64,000 nucleotides of DNA. It comes from Lama guanicoe. Its lineage: Eukaryota. The notes below the pieces were generated by a model, which was given only the letters and a program-made list of their open reading frames with translations, did not search any database and had not been told where the DNA came from. Location of the stretch: contig MU056000.1 of assembly GCA_013239625.1 (NCBI GenBank), forward strand, positions 8,347,214 to 8,411,213. The letters are read 5' to 3'. Both the position numbers and the translations under genes were made by a program. Positions 12,873 through 24,945 of the stretch are shown one piece after another (position 1 is the stretch's first letter; each line of letters starts with the position of its first letter).

Positions 12873-13231
12873 TCTGCATCCACTCAGAATGCTGTGACAA
12901 AACACCACGGAATGGGCGGCTTCTAAGGAAAAGAAATTTAATCCTCATAGTTCTGGAGGCTGGGAAATCTAAGACCAAGGTTTGGCAGATGCAGGGTCTG
13001 GGGAGACCTGTTTCCTGGGCCAGAGATGGCTGTCTTCTCACTGGTCCCCACACGGTAGAAGGAACAAGGAAGGTCGCTGGGGTCTTTATATGTAAGGGCA
13101 CTGATCCCATTTATGGGAGCTCCACCCTTATGGCCTAACTAGTTTCCAAAGGTCCCATCTCCAAATGCTATCTCACAGAGGATTAGGTTTCAACATAACA
13201 AGTTTGAGGGGGATACATTTAGTTTCTCAGC
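12873..13231 (-). mobile_element. MLT1A-type MaLR solo LTR
   Basis: Typical blocks ctcatagttctggaggctgggaaatctaagaccaagg, taagggcactgatcccatt, ctccacccttatggcctaa, ggattaggtttcaacata; ends in ...agca. Confidence 0.85.
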
Positions 13232-13979
13232 ATCCTAATACCCATATTCCATGGAGGGACACTGGCCCTTCGTGGGATGATGTCCACCCAGAAGCTAACT
13301 GCTGTGATTAGCAGCTGAATTCCTTGACTGGCCAGTCGTGAGTCACACCCCTTTCATGACAACTGGAATCAACCTGTCTAACAGAACCACATGGAATGAG
13401 TCTAGTACAGAGGTTTTCTTTTTTTTTTTTCAGTCCATATGGATACTATTTATTGAGTATCTAGTATGGACCAAGCCTTGTGCTACGTAAGCTCTATAAA
13501 GCCAGAAACATGGGGATTAAAGCCGACGCTGCCTTCCATTTCTATCATAAAACACTGTCATAAATTGAAGTCTCATTTTTATACCATCTTTACATCCATT
13601 AGGCTGGATCATATTCTTAGCAGGTATCTCTACAAACGAAGTCCAAAACACAGTCTGCAATAAAGTCAGGGAACTTTCATCCAGGCTGGGTCTCATTTTC
13701 TCAGATGCCAGTTACTTTAACCACAGCCCAGAGCTTCAGGGCTAGACTTTGAAACAATTGCTTCACTGGCTGCGATCCAGTGGGCTCATTCAGTGGTCCC
13801 TTTTTTCCACCACTCTCATCAGCTTCCTTATTTTCTGGACCTAGATATGCTCAAGACTCTTACATACCACCTCCTTAAACTGGTCAACAAACAGGCAAAC
13901 CAACGCCATGAAATATACCTTTCTAAGCTATTGTCGTATGTCTTTCAATCTTGCCTTCACTGTCAAACATTTTGAACCA

Positions 13980-14270
13980 AGAGTGAATCTTCACTGTTCT
14001 CAAGATCTTGCCTCTTTAACCTGATGCATTGTCCCTACCTATTCACTGAAATCTCCCCGCTACTGGAACCAGTAACCTTCTTAGCGCTTTACCTTGCACC
14101 ATTCCCGTGGCATCTGGTATTGCTGAACAGCTTTTTGAAACTCTCCTTTCCCGTCTTATTGGATGAAGCGGTGTCTGTGTGTTATTCTGAATTGATTTTT
14201 CTTTCCATACTTGCCTGATTTGTTGCTCTTCCTCCACGCCTTTCCCCTAAATCTCACCATGCCCTGAGCA
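13980..14270 (+). mobile_element. L2 fragment
   Basis: Pyrimidine-rich L2-like tttttgaaactctcctttccc...ttattctgaattg...ctcttcctcc. Confidence 0.4.
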
Positions 14271-14479
14271 GACAATACTGGTATACCTTCCAGACGCACC
14301 TTCCTCCTCAGGACCAGGATTTGGTCAGGAGTCTACTTTTCATCCACGTGGTCCGTGTGCATTGAAGGGAGCAGTCAGAAAGGCGAAGGAGGGAGATCAC
14401 AAAGGGTCTACCAAGCAAATCATGGCCTTTCTGGTTACTCTTGACAGTGCCTGGTGCAGGGGTGCACCAGTTTGAAACC

Positions 14480-14795
14480 AGAGAGCAGACAACGTGAGGG
14501 GTGGGTGATGCTTCTGTGATACGATGTCTTGTTGCTAAGGAAGAGACTTTTGAAGAGCTAGCCTCTTCTCTGTCTGGAAATTATCATTTCTGAGATGCCC
14601 CAGCAGCCTGCTTCCCACCTTCTCGAATTCTGAGTGCACGAGCAGAGGAGAGCAGGGCTATAGGAACGGCAGACAGGTGAGACGTAGGATCCAACCTGCC
14701 TCACCTGTCGTGCTTGGGAAATAACACGTTATCGTGGGGTTTAAGCCAGTTTGAGGTGAGATTCTTCTGTTTCTTGGAGCCTAACGCATCCTATA
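14480..14795 (+). mobile_element. Old MLT1 (J/K/L-like) LTR, 3' part
   Basis: 3' motif gtttaagccagtttgaggtgagattcttctgtttcttggagcctaacgcatccta. Confidence 0.55.
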
Positions 14796-15049
14796 ACTTG
14801 CCCTAAACCCACAGGGCTGCTATTTTTGCTCCTTTTCACAGCCCCGCCCTCTTGGCAATGTCACCCTGGCTCCAGGGTTTCACCTATTAAATGGATGCAG
14901 GTCTCCGGGCTGTGGCTCTCTGAACAGGAGTTGCCCTTTCATACTTACACGTGGACCTCTGCACCCACACGTCCCACCATAAGCCCCAAATTCATTCAGC
15001 ACTCACCAGGGTAACCCCAAACGAGCTCCTTTCTCGGACACCCTCAGTT

Positions 15050-15815
15050 CTCATATGGAAATCCCCATTTTTGTAGTTGTTGTTCTCCTGACCTTCCATT
15101 GCATTGTTGTGGTTCCCGCTTCCAGAATGTCTCTCAAGATGTTCCTTTGGTTTTTATTCCCTCTGCTGCCACCCTTAGGCGTGGCCTAGTTATCTCTAAC
15201 CTAGCTGGTAAGACACCTACTTTGTTTTTCTGCCCTTAGCCTCTTTCTAACCAAGCACATGTTACACCGTGCACCAAAGCTTCCTTTCTAAAGCAGAACT
15301 CTACCATCTCATGCCCTGGTCAAAAACTTCAGTCACTTCTCAGGGGCTACTGAACAATGAGACTAACGGGACAGCTTCAGTCAAGATCCTTTGTCATCTG
15401 TCCCAGCCCACCTTACCAAATGCACGTCACTGAGTGAATTTCAGTTAATTTCAATGCTTTCAACACTCCAGGTGAACTGACCTTTTCCCAAATGCACATC
15501 ATACGTTCCATCCTTCCCTCCTGCAAGCTGTTTCTGTTGCCTGAACTTTCCTCACATTGTCCCTGTTCATCCGAACACCATGTGGCCTTTGAACCCTCTC
15601 AAACTGCAAACGCTCTAATAAGCCTTTCTCGATCTTTCTAGCAGAATGCTGCCAATCCTTCCTTTGCCCCAGAACAGCATACTCTTTGTAGCTCAATTAT
15701 GTCCATTTATCTTGTCCTATAATTATGTGTATTTTTAAACTTAGATGATAAAGTATTTGATGCCAAAAACTATCTTCTCTCTGTAAGATTCTGTCACCAC
15801 TAGAACTTGGCCTTG
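15050..15815 (+). mobile_element. L2 3' region
   Basis: ctctgctgccaccctt...ttatctctaacctag, ttcctttctaaagcagaactct...catctcatgccctggtcaaaaacttcag, gctgtttctgttgcctgaac. Confidence 0.6.
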
Positions 15816-15817
15816 AT

Positions 15818-16190
15818 GTGCTAGTTGTTACTGCTGCTCTAATAAATCAGCAGCGACTCAGGGGCTTAATGTACTACCAGCTCTGGAGATCTTAATTCCA
15901 AAATCAGCTTCAATCAGCTAATGTCAGGGAAGACTTTATTTCACCGCTTTTTCTTGTTTCTAAAGGCTGCCTGCACTCCTTGGCTCGTGGCCCCTTCCTC
16001 CGTCTTCACAGACAGCAGTCTAAGCTCTTTCTTCCATTATCCTACTGCCTTCTCCTGCAGTCAGGTCTCCCTCTGCCTCCTTCTTTAAGGACACTTGGTG
16101 ATAATGCAGATAATCCAGGACAATCTCTCAAGATCCTTAATTGAATCGCGTCTGTAAAGTCTTTTTTGCCATATAAGGTAATACTCATGG
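15818..16190 (-). mobile_element. MLT1C/D-type MaLR LTR
   Basis: ggctgcctgcactccttggctcgtggccccttcctccgtcttc, gataatccagga, tctcaagatccttaa, tttgccatataaggtaa. Confidence 0.8.
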
Positions 16191-16194
16191 CTGT

Positions 16195-16331
16195 GTAAGG
16201 GTAGGGGTGCTACTGACATCTCATAGGTAGAGACCAGGGATGATGCTAAACGTCCTACAGTGCACAGGACGGCCCCACAGCAAACAGCTGTCTGGCGTGA
16301 ATGTCAGTACTGCTGAGGTTGAGAAACCCTG
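16195..16331. mobile_element. MER20 (hAT-Charlie) fragment with one terminus
   Basis: gtgctactgacatc...gtagagaccagggatgatgctaaacgtcctacagtgcacaggacggcccc...gctgaggttgagaaaccctg. Confidence 0.85.
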
Positions 16332-16339
16332 CCTTCCTT

Positions 16340-17040
16340 AAAACAATGAGAAGACCTAGAAAGGCTTTAGGCAGAGAAGCGTCATGTTAAAATATGCACG
16401 ATACGTACTTAAAAAAAAAAAAGAAAAGAAACAATGAAACTTCTACTAGGAAAATAAATAGGAAAGCAAGAGTAGACGTAGGGAGGAAAAACGGGGAAAC
16501 CACTCAGGAGGGCAGGACAGAAAGGATGACACATATCTGTGGAGGTGAACAGCGTGAGCGAATTCAAGAAATGTCATGGAGCAAACCCAGCGGGCTTGTT
16601 CCTAATCAGCCATGGGGAACACGGAAAGAGAAGGTTCCAAGAATGATTCCCATGGTTTTAGCTTTGCAACTGGGCAGATATAGAATCTGTTCATCAACAA
16701 GGGGGAGAGGGGTTGCAGAAAAAAGAAAAACACACTCAGTTTGGATGTTTGAGGTGCCTCTGAAGCCTTCAAGTGGACATTGAGAGGAAGCAGGGAAGGC
16801 TGGGCTGTTGTTAATCACAGACGTCAGTGACGGACACGAATGAGATCGTCTAGGAAGACGAGGAGGAGATGCACAGAAAAGCTCCCGCTGAGCCTTGTGG
16901 TCCACATTTCAAAGGTTGGGGGAAGGATAAGTTGGCAAAAGAAATGGAAGGAGTAACCAGACGGTAAAGAGGAAACCCAGAGAAGAATATTTTGTACTCA
17001 ACAACAACAAAAACAGCATTTAAAGAACAATGAAGTGTTC
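16340..17040 (-). mobile_element. L2 fragments
   Basis: Purine-rich L2 antisense motifs: gaatgattcccatggttttagcttt, cagtttggatgtttgaggtgcctctga, ctgagccttgtggtccacatttcaaagg. Confidence 0.55.
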
Positions 17041-17253
17041 AACAGGACAGCACAACCTGGAGATGAAGTACGTACGACAAGAACAGACCATGTCTACAGC
17101 TGACACTCAAGAAATATTCAAATTAATGAATCTGGCTGCAAATTCAGGATCTTGGAACTTAATAAAAACTTTACTTTTTGTAAAAGCAAAAGCTTGCGGC
17201 CGTGCCAACATAGTCTCGCCTTTTGAGATTATCTTTTTTTTTCTTTTCCCCTC

Positions 17254-18113
17254 TTCCAGCTTTACTGAGATATAACTGAGTGTCAACAATGTGTAAGTTT
17301 AAGGTGTATAATGTGTTTATTTGATACACTTATGTCCTGCAAAATGACCACCGCCCTAGTGTTAGCTGTCTACATCGTCACATAATTACAGACGGTACCT
17401 GACTTATGATGGTCTAACTTAATGATTTTTTGACCTTACGATGGTGCGACAGTAAAAAGAATACTTCAGATTTTTAATTTCCATTTTTCCCAGGTTAGGG
17501 CAGTGGCAGTGAGTCTCAGCTCCTATTCAGCCACATGATCACCAGGGTCAAAACCCAACACACTTACAGCCACTCTGTACCCAGACAGCCACTCTGTTTT
17601 TCACTTTCAGTACAGTATTCAATACATTACATGGACTATCCAATTCTTTATTACAAAATGGGCTTTGTGTTGGATAATTTTTGCCCCACTGTAGGCGAGT
17701 GTAAGTGTTCAGAGCACGTTTATGGTGGGCTGGGCTGAGCTATGGTGTTCAGTGAGTTATGTGTATTAAATGCATTTTCAATTGAAGGTATTTTCAACTT
17801 ACGATGGGTTTATTGGAGTGTAACCCCACCATACATCTAGGAAGATCAATAACATTTATTTTTTGTGGTGAGAACATTTAAGGTCTACTCTCTTAACGTC
17901 TTTCTAGTACAGCATTATTAACTGTAATCATTATGCTTCTCCATGAGATCCCCAGGATTTACTCATCTTCTAGTTGGAAGTTTGGACTCTTTGATTGACA
18001 TCTCCCATTATTCCTTGGCCCCTCCCCCAGACTCCGGTGACCGCCATTCTAATCTCTGTTTCTACGTATGGGTCTTTCTTTAGATTCTTCATACAAGTGA
18101 TATCATCAGTTTG
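17254..18113 (-). mobile_element. L1MA9-like 3' end, interrupted by MER47
   Basis: cagctttactgagatataactga...gtaagtttaaggtgtataatgtg; resumes after MER47 as ttttgtggtgagaacatttaaggtctactctctta...ttagattcttcatacaagtgatatcat. Confidence 0.8.
17389..17849. mobile_element. MER47 (Tigger5-derived, TcMar) non-autonomous DNA transposon
   Basis: Ends cagacggtacctgacttatgatgg and acttacgatgggtttattggagtgtaacccc. Internal tttcactttcagtacagtattcaata and gtaagtgttcagagcacgttt. TA on both sides (17387-17388, 17850-17851). Confidence 0.85.
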
Positions 18114-21100
18114 GTTTCACTAGCAAACCTGACCACGCTACCTGTTCCACGGGGCCTCTACTGGGCACCTGCTAAAGGGTTCTCTAAGCAATCCTGGGTC
18201 TTGAGTAAACAAAGCATTCTTTTTCCATTTCCAACAGGACAAGTTAATGAAGGGAGAATACATACAACAGAAAGTATAAAGGCTAATTTATAAGCCAACA
18301 CTTTTCATTACTACACAGTAATCTTAATTACAGAGTCATTTATCACAAGGTAATTATCGCTGACTATTCCATGAGACACATTACAATTTTATGCATAATT
18401 CTTCAAAAAAAAAAAAAGTCGGCTTACACCCATCAGAAAGGCAGATCTTGCCAGCTACCTGCGAGTGGACTAATTACCTGTTAGGAAAACCTCCTGACCT
18501 GTCAGGAAGGGGTTAATTTTTCTCAGCAGCGCTCCCTGGCCAGCTCTCGGAGTAATTATCACAAGGTAGCAGGAAACAGACAAGCCGTCTGCAGGTGAAC
18601 TGACTGGAACAGCTTGCTGTCCTTCTGTGCAGGTAAATACGCCACTCGTTCCTCCCCAGGCACCTGGGAGCAGCACGCTGGCCTGTCTGTACCTTCCTGC
18701 CACTGAGTCACAGCACACAGTCATGTAGCATCAGACTTCTCTCCCGTCTCGAGGGTGCAGACACACAGAGGTGGCACTCTGCTTTCACGCACAGCAGTCT
18801 CACGGCCTCTTATTAGACAAGCAAATCTTTATACTAAAGTTACTCTCTGTGCCTGAAGCCCACAGCACTTCGACTGGGCTGGTGACGATATTTATTAGAA
18901 ACCAACAGATGGAAACAGGATGACAGAGATGGGCCCAGGTGCTGAGGACTGCTCTTGAGCCCTGACACACAATATTCCATCGATGATCCAAACACAATTT
19001 ACTCAGCACCACTGGCACATTATACCGGTGACATCTGGACACACTTATAAAATGTGAGCATGTCTAGAAGGTCAAGGTGTTCAACACCAAAGGATTCCAT
19101 TGCATGTATACCAGAAGGACATTTCTTTGAGGAAATCTGGAGGAAAAGAATAAGGATCCTCCTTTCATGTCTTTCTTAACAATTCTCTTGCTATATTTAT
19201 AATGGTCAACAAACAGCCCTACGTAAACCCAAACACACTGCACGACAAACAGAAGGTGAACAGTAGGTGGAGACCCTTACGGCCCCAGCCCCAGCTCCCA
19301 GTGCACTGTGCATGTTCCGTGATTAAGTGCAGGTAATACTAAGGGTCCTTAGTCTTAGATGGAAATGCAGCAAATAATCAGACCAAAAAGCTAAATACGA
19401 AGGCACGTATTCTGCTGTTCGGAATGGGATTAAAAAATCACAGTAACAAAAACAACTCTGCCACTTGAAATATCACAACATAAACGCCTATGAATGAGGA
19501 AGAAAAGAAAGGGAGTGGGAATTAGAATTTACAAACTAAACATGTGGAAAACATAATAATTAAATAAAGATAATTATTCACTTTCTTAGAATAGAATATG
19601 TGGCCCCACAATGCAATTTAAATCCCATTTTCCACATCATTTTTTGCCCATCAATCATGCATCAATTTATAATATCACCTGTATTGTCTTAAGTTTCAGT
19701 TTGCACTGCTAACTCACCACGTGCTTACGGCTCGCTCTCTAACTGGTTTCTAACATGTCTCACTCACCCTTCTGCGTATCTCACTTGGAAATCCACAGAC
19801 ACACAGTGGAGACTCCAGACATTTAATTATTCTTTTAAATGCAGTGCATTAACCAGAATATTAAGCTTCCATGTCTGAATGTAAACTCCAATGAGGTGGT
19901 AAAAATTTCAGCAAAACAACTTTAAGCATTTGCAGCACTGCACAAGCGGTGTGTCAAACAGCAGCAGAAAATGAGTGTGCTTCATTTGCTGACACTTCCT
20001 TTCTCCTAAGTCACATATTTAAACTTTGACTTCTAATCGATGATAAACTCATCAGCAGAATACTCATAACCCAGTATAAAGACAGTGATTTTTTTTCCAA
20101 AACCTGTATTTAGCTTTTCTCAATGGTTCATAGATGACCTAACTTTATGAGCCTGTAATTATGGAAGACTGCCTTTCCATTTAAATGGTACTTTGCCAAT
20201 AATTAGTATTCTTCATTTCTTTTCTACAGGTCTGCTCTTTATAAAGTGCTCAAAGAGAAAAGGAATGCATATCTTCTTAAACTTCTAAGTGAAGGTGAAT
20301 CTATTCTGGGACATAGAATTATCGTGGCTAAAATGGTCCAAGGGGACAGATCACCCCAATCAGCTGCAATGAGTTTCCAATCTTGCTCCTTTAAAACACC
20401 CCTTGAAATCACATAAAGAAAACTAGAAATCTCTGTTGAAACCCCACAGAGAAACAACATACAGAGCTCCAGGCAAGATGATGGCGTATTTCCATCGTGA
20501 TGACTGAGCGACAGACTCTAGTTCAAAAGCTCCAAGTCGCTGTATCCGGCCTGCGTCTCCACTTCCTCGTGTGCAACACAAAGGGCTTGGGGGAAGTAAA
20601 CCCTGAGCTCTCAGCAGTTCTAAAGCGTTTCGACAGTAAGATCGCCAGGACTGCACGATTTCGGGGAAGAGAGTGATACATTTTTGAAAGATTTCTGCAG
20701 CTGTGCCACATCTGGAAAAAGACTGCCTGTGTGTGTTTGATGGTTTCACATCGACCTGCATTCAACAGGGTCACAAGTGTGTCCCCAGGGATGACAGGCT
20801 TTTCGTGGCAGTTTTTTGGGTTTTTTTTCCACAGAGAAGTTGTGATCTCAGAGTCTGTGCCTGATGCCAACAGAACTTTAATTCTTAGGAGTATGTTCCC
20901 CCCAAGAAAGGTCTTTTCTAATTAGAAACATCGAGATGGCTTTCCAGACCACAGTTACGGCTGCTACACTGACAACTTTTTTATAGGTTGCCAGTTTTGA
21001 TGTTGCTGCAGGAGGATGGAATGAAGATTGGAAGAGAACCCCCAGGAAAGAACCAAAAACTTCTTAAAGACTAAAAGGAAGGAAGGACGCATCAGGCTGA

Positions 21101-21174
21101 TTATAAATATCCAGTAAAAGCACAATAAAGTGGACTGTAAAAAGGCCTGAGGTTGCGGATGGAGTATAACAGCG

Positions 21175-21699
21175 CTGTGGTGTTTTGTTACTGCGGTGCT
21201 TTGTTACTGTGGTGCTTTGTTACTGTGGTGCTTTGTTACTGCAGTACTTTTGTTACTGCGGTGCTTTGTACTGTGGTGCTTTATTGGTGTGGTGCTTTGT
21301 TACAGTGGTATTTTGTTACTGTGGTGCTTTGTTACTGTGGTGCTTTGTTGGTGTGGTGCTTTGTTACTGCGGTACTTTGTTACTGTGGTGCTTTGTTAGA
21401 GTGGTGCTTTGTTACTGCGGCACTTTGTTACTGTTGTACTTTTGTTACTGCAGTGCTTTGTTGGTGTGATGCTTTGTTACAGTGGTACTTTGATACTGTG
21501 GTGCTTTGTTACCGTAGTACTCTGTTACTCTGGTGCTTTGTTGATGTGGTACTTTGTTATTGTGGTGCTTTGTTGGTGTGGTGCTTTGTTACTGTGGTGC
21601 TTTGTTACTGCGGTCCTTTGTTACTGCGGTGCTTTGTTGCTGTGGTGCTTTGTTACTGTGGTGCTTTGTTACTGCGGTACTTTGTTACTGTAGTGCTCT
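21175..21699. repeat. Minisatellite (VNTR), 16-bp unit CTGTGGTGCTTTGTTA, 32 full copies plus 1 partial
   Basis: Units parsed by hand. Most are 16 bp, two are 17 bp and one is 15 bp. Recurrent variants: CTGCGG, CTGCAG, GTGTGG preceded by TTG, and GTAC for GTGC. Confidence 0.97.
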
Positions 21700-22689
21700 T
21701 AGGTTATCCCCTGGGTGCTCCTTTAATGACTGTGTGCTTGGACAAACACGGTGGTAAGGCATCTCACTCATCTTTCTCAAGATCTGTATGTGAATCATCT
21801 CCTTCTTTAACTGTTTTAAAGACAAGATTTTCCCCATTTCTGAAACTCCTTGGAACATTTTCTATCACCTGTAGTCAGACAAGCAGGAACAAGGCGCGAT
21901 CCACTCCATCCTTCCTCTTCCCTGTTAAATGTCGACCTACTGATCACCCTCTGAAACTATCATTAGACTGATGTTTGCAGCTTAATAACTTCATCTCCTC
22001 AGTGATAAAACCTGATAAAAGTGCCATTTTGTGGGTCTAAAACAGTCTAGGATCAGCAATCCCATATGGTTCAGCATAAGTAGATTGTTACTAAATTTTA
22101 GAAAAGTAGAAGATTACACAAACCAGCTGACAGCATACAGGAGTATCTGTGCCATGCTGACCCCCGGGACGCTCTTCTTCACTAGACCTGGGGCCGCACA
22201 CTCAAACGAGGGCAGCAGGTGAAGTGTTTGTGTGAAGCTGACGAGAATGAGAACTAAGGGAGGCATAAGGACCAAAGTGACTGAGGAAACTATGTTCTGG
22301 AAAATGAGTTCAATTTTTTAAAAAATGAAACGAAAATGGCAGCCATCGTAATAAACACATGGACAATTCACAATCTCACCTTTCATGACTTTCTCCCAAC
22401 AAATCTGAGTTTTCTGGTTATTTGAGTGCAAGATAATATTCAATTGTAGGTGAACAATCAGACTAGGATCATATGGTTACTGCAAGATAGTTTCTCGGTG
22501 TTAGATGTCAGAATCTACATAAAGCAATTTCTTTGAACCATGACTTACTTTATGAAACAAAATTATTTTCTTAAACCCAACCTTTTACTTCGTAATACAG
22601 AAACACTCAAGACAGCAAGTCTTTGCATGTAGATACAGAAAGGTTTTTCTAGGTTAAATTACATCAATAAACAATACAATAATCATTTT

Positions 22690-22920
22690 AATGATAAAAC
22701 CAATCCTACTGCTACTCATGGCCATTTGATGAACACTTGCAATATTATTGACTTCTGTTCTGAGAAACTCTACAAACATTATCTCAGGTAATTTCCACAC
22801 ATCAGACCTACATGGGAGTTATTCTTCCTAAGTTTTAGAGATGAGACAATGAAGATTAGAGGCATTTATCCTTCAATCCTCACAGTTTCTTAAAAGAAGT
22901 TCCCTTAAGATTCACGTCTG
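22690..22920 (-). mobile_element. MIR
   Basis: ccatttgatgaacacttgc...acattatctcaggtaatttccac...ttttagagatgagacaatgaagattagag. Confidence 0.55.
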
Positions 22921-22947
22921 TTATGTAAACAAGCTTAATAAATTTTA

Positions 22948-23097
22948 CTTATTTATTTATTTATTTATTTTTACTGAAGTACAGTCAGTTACAATGTGTC
23001 AATTTCTGGTGCACAGCAAATGTCCTAGTCATATATATATATGTACACACACACACACACACACACATATTCGTTTTCATACTCTTTTCCATTAAAG
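22948..23097 (-). mobile_element. Very short L1 3'-end insertion containing a (TA)n(CA)n microsatellite
   Basis: (TTTA)n tail, then actgaagtacagtcagttacaatgtgtcaatttctggtg (L1 3' terminus, similar to 28300-28345). 9-bp TSD TAAATTTTA at 22939-22947 and 23098-23106. Confidence 0.85.
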
Positions 23098-23354
23098 TAA
23101 ATTTTAAAAACATCGTATGAAGCATTGCACTTTGGAAAATTCTTTTGCAGTACAAAAGATATAGTAATAAAGAGACTGTGGATAACTTTGCCAGGTACAG
23201 AGGAAGAACCCACCAACAGAAGCCACCACACTGGGTATCACCAACAGCCTCCATCCATAGCCTGTCATCTTTCTTTTCCAGGCAGAGGTAGGGAAGCACC
23301 CACTGGAGTAAGCTTAGTTGAGGGGGGGGTGGAGGGGATGGATGTGTTATTAAA

Positions 23355-23570
23355 TTACATAATAATAATGATGATGATAACACTACTACTAATGAATAAA
23401 GTATATGTATTTATTTATATTTCATAAACTATGTAAACTATAAGTTATAAACTATATAAATTATATACAGTTATATAGGAAGTAATAGATATAATATTCA
23501 ATGTTGTATAATAATGTATTACCTATTATCATTATATAAACTATAGTAATATACTTTTTAATATAAAGAA
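23355..23570. repeat. AT-rich low-complexity tract
   Basis: (AAT)n/(GAT)n and TAAACTA-like repeats. Confidence 0.7.
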
Positions 23571-23619
23571 AAGTAGAAAATTTGGTCAAGAAGGTAAGAA
23601 AATGGAACCTTCATCTTCC

Positions 23620-23950
23620 ATCCCTTCCAGGAATATGTCACCCAAGACTCTCTCTCTTAGGCTCTCTGTATCTACTTTCACTACAATTCAGTCTATTTTG
23701 CCCTCAAAACATCTTTTGAATTCACCCTCTGTCTCCATGTCCACTGCCATTCACCTGCTTACGGTCTTCGTCCATTTTTTGTCTGGGCTACTCTGATAAC
23801 CTCCTACCTAGCTTCCCAAACACTGATTGCTTCCAATTTATTCCTAGCTTAGCTGGAGTGATCGTCCTGAAACACAAGTCTGATCACGTCATCCCCCACT
23901 GAGCCTCCTTCAGTAACGGTCACCTATGAAAAACGAACTGCATCATGGAG
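23620..23950 (+). mobile_element. L2 fragment
   Basis: ccctcaaaacatcttttgaattcaccctct...tccactgcca...gataacctcctacctag...gtctgatcacgtcatcccc. Confidence 0.6.
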
Positions 23951-24279
23951 CCAACACAGGGCCTTTACCATGGCTTCCTGCCGGCTTCACCGTCTCAGTT
24001 CCTGGAGCTCCCCGCCCACAGCCATCCCACCAGTGCCCCCAGTACACAGGGCTCTCTTTCCTGTCTAGATCCTGGGGTCCAGATTCAGCATGTGGGCTCC
24101 ACCAACATTCAAAACCTACTTCTGCTGCTCGCTGGTGAGGCCTGGGGCAGCTGCCCTCCTCTCGAAGCTGTGGTTTCTGCTGTAACACCGAGGAGCTAAC
24201 CGGACCTAACTCTGAGCTTAGCTTTAAGGATCAAAGGAGACAATGCATGTAAAGCTTTCCATGCAGTGCTTGGCTCAAG

Positions 24280-24945
24280 CACTTTTAATACTTACAGGGC
24301 CCGATTCTGAGAGCTGAGAACGCATTAACTTCACAGAACGAGGCAGGGGAGACCCTGGCCTCACAGAACACGTATTCCAGTGGAGACAGACAATTTAAAA
24401 AACTGATGAATATTTTCTGCGCCATGCTGGAAGTAAGACCTCTTATGAAGAAAACTAAAGCAGATGAGAAGTGTCATTTTATTTTTTTAAACTTTTTAAT
24501 ATTCTGTTTATTTATTATTGTATTATTTAATTATTTTATTGGGGGGGTTAAGGTTTATTTATTTTTAAAGGAGGTACTGAGGACTGAACCCAGGACCTCT
24601 TGCATGCTAAGCACGTGCTCTACCATTTGAGCTACACCCTCCCCCACAAGTGTCATTTTAAGCAGGGCAGGCAAGGGGCGACCTTATCCAGAAAGTGGCA
24701 TCTGATCACAGTTGTGAAGGGGGTGAGGAGGTGGGCCACTGGACATCTGGGGAAGAACACTCAGGCAGAGGAAAGAGCAGGGCAAAGACCCTGCGGCGGG
24801 AATGTGCCGGCGAGTCTGGGGACGGCTGAAGACCAGTAAGGCTGAAGCCAAGTGGGCTGGCTGACGAAGAGGAAAATCAGAAACGTCCCGGTGAGGCCGA
24901 CTGCGCTGTGGTTTGGGGGCCATTTTAAGACTGTGGGTTTTGACC
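24280..24945 (-). mobile_element. L2 3' region hosting a SINE
   Basis: gaccctggcctcacagaacacgtattccagtggagacagaca; after the SINE: catctggggaagaacactcaggcagagg...ggcaaagaccctgcggcggga. Confidence 0.6.
24482..24647 (-). mobile_element. tRNA-Ala-derived camelid SINE (vic-1 type)
   Basis: Minus strand GGGGAGGGTGTAGCTCAAATGGTAGAGCACGTGCTTAGCATGCAAGAGGTCCTGGGTTCAGTCC with A/B boxes and an A-rich tail. 13-bp TSD AAGTGTCATTTTA at 24469-24481 and 24648-24660. Confidence 0.92.

Noticed and set aside
21175..21699. CRISPR-like array
   Set aside because: Units are contiguous with no unique spacers, there are no cas genes, and the context is mammalian.
21153..21971. 272-aa Cys/Leu/Val-rich ORF and overlapping ORFs
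   Set aside because: They are translations of the 16-bp minisatellite (16-aa period = 3 units), which happens to be nearly stop-free on this strand. The start is a non-ATG codon, and there is no splice or homology support.
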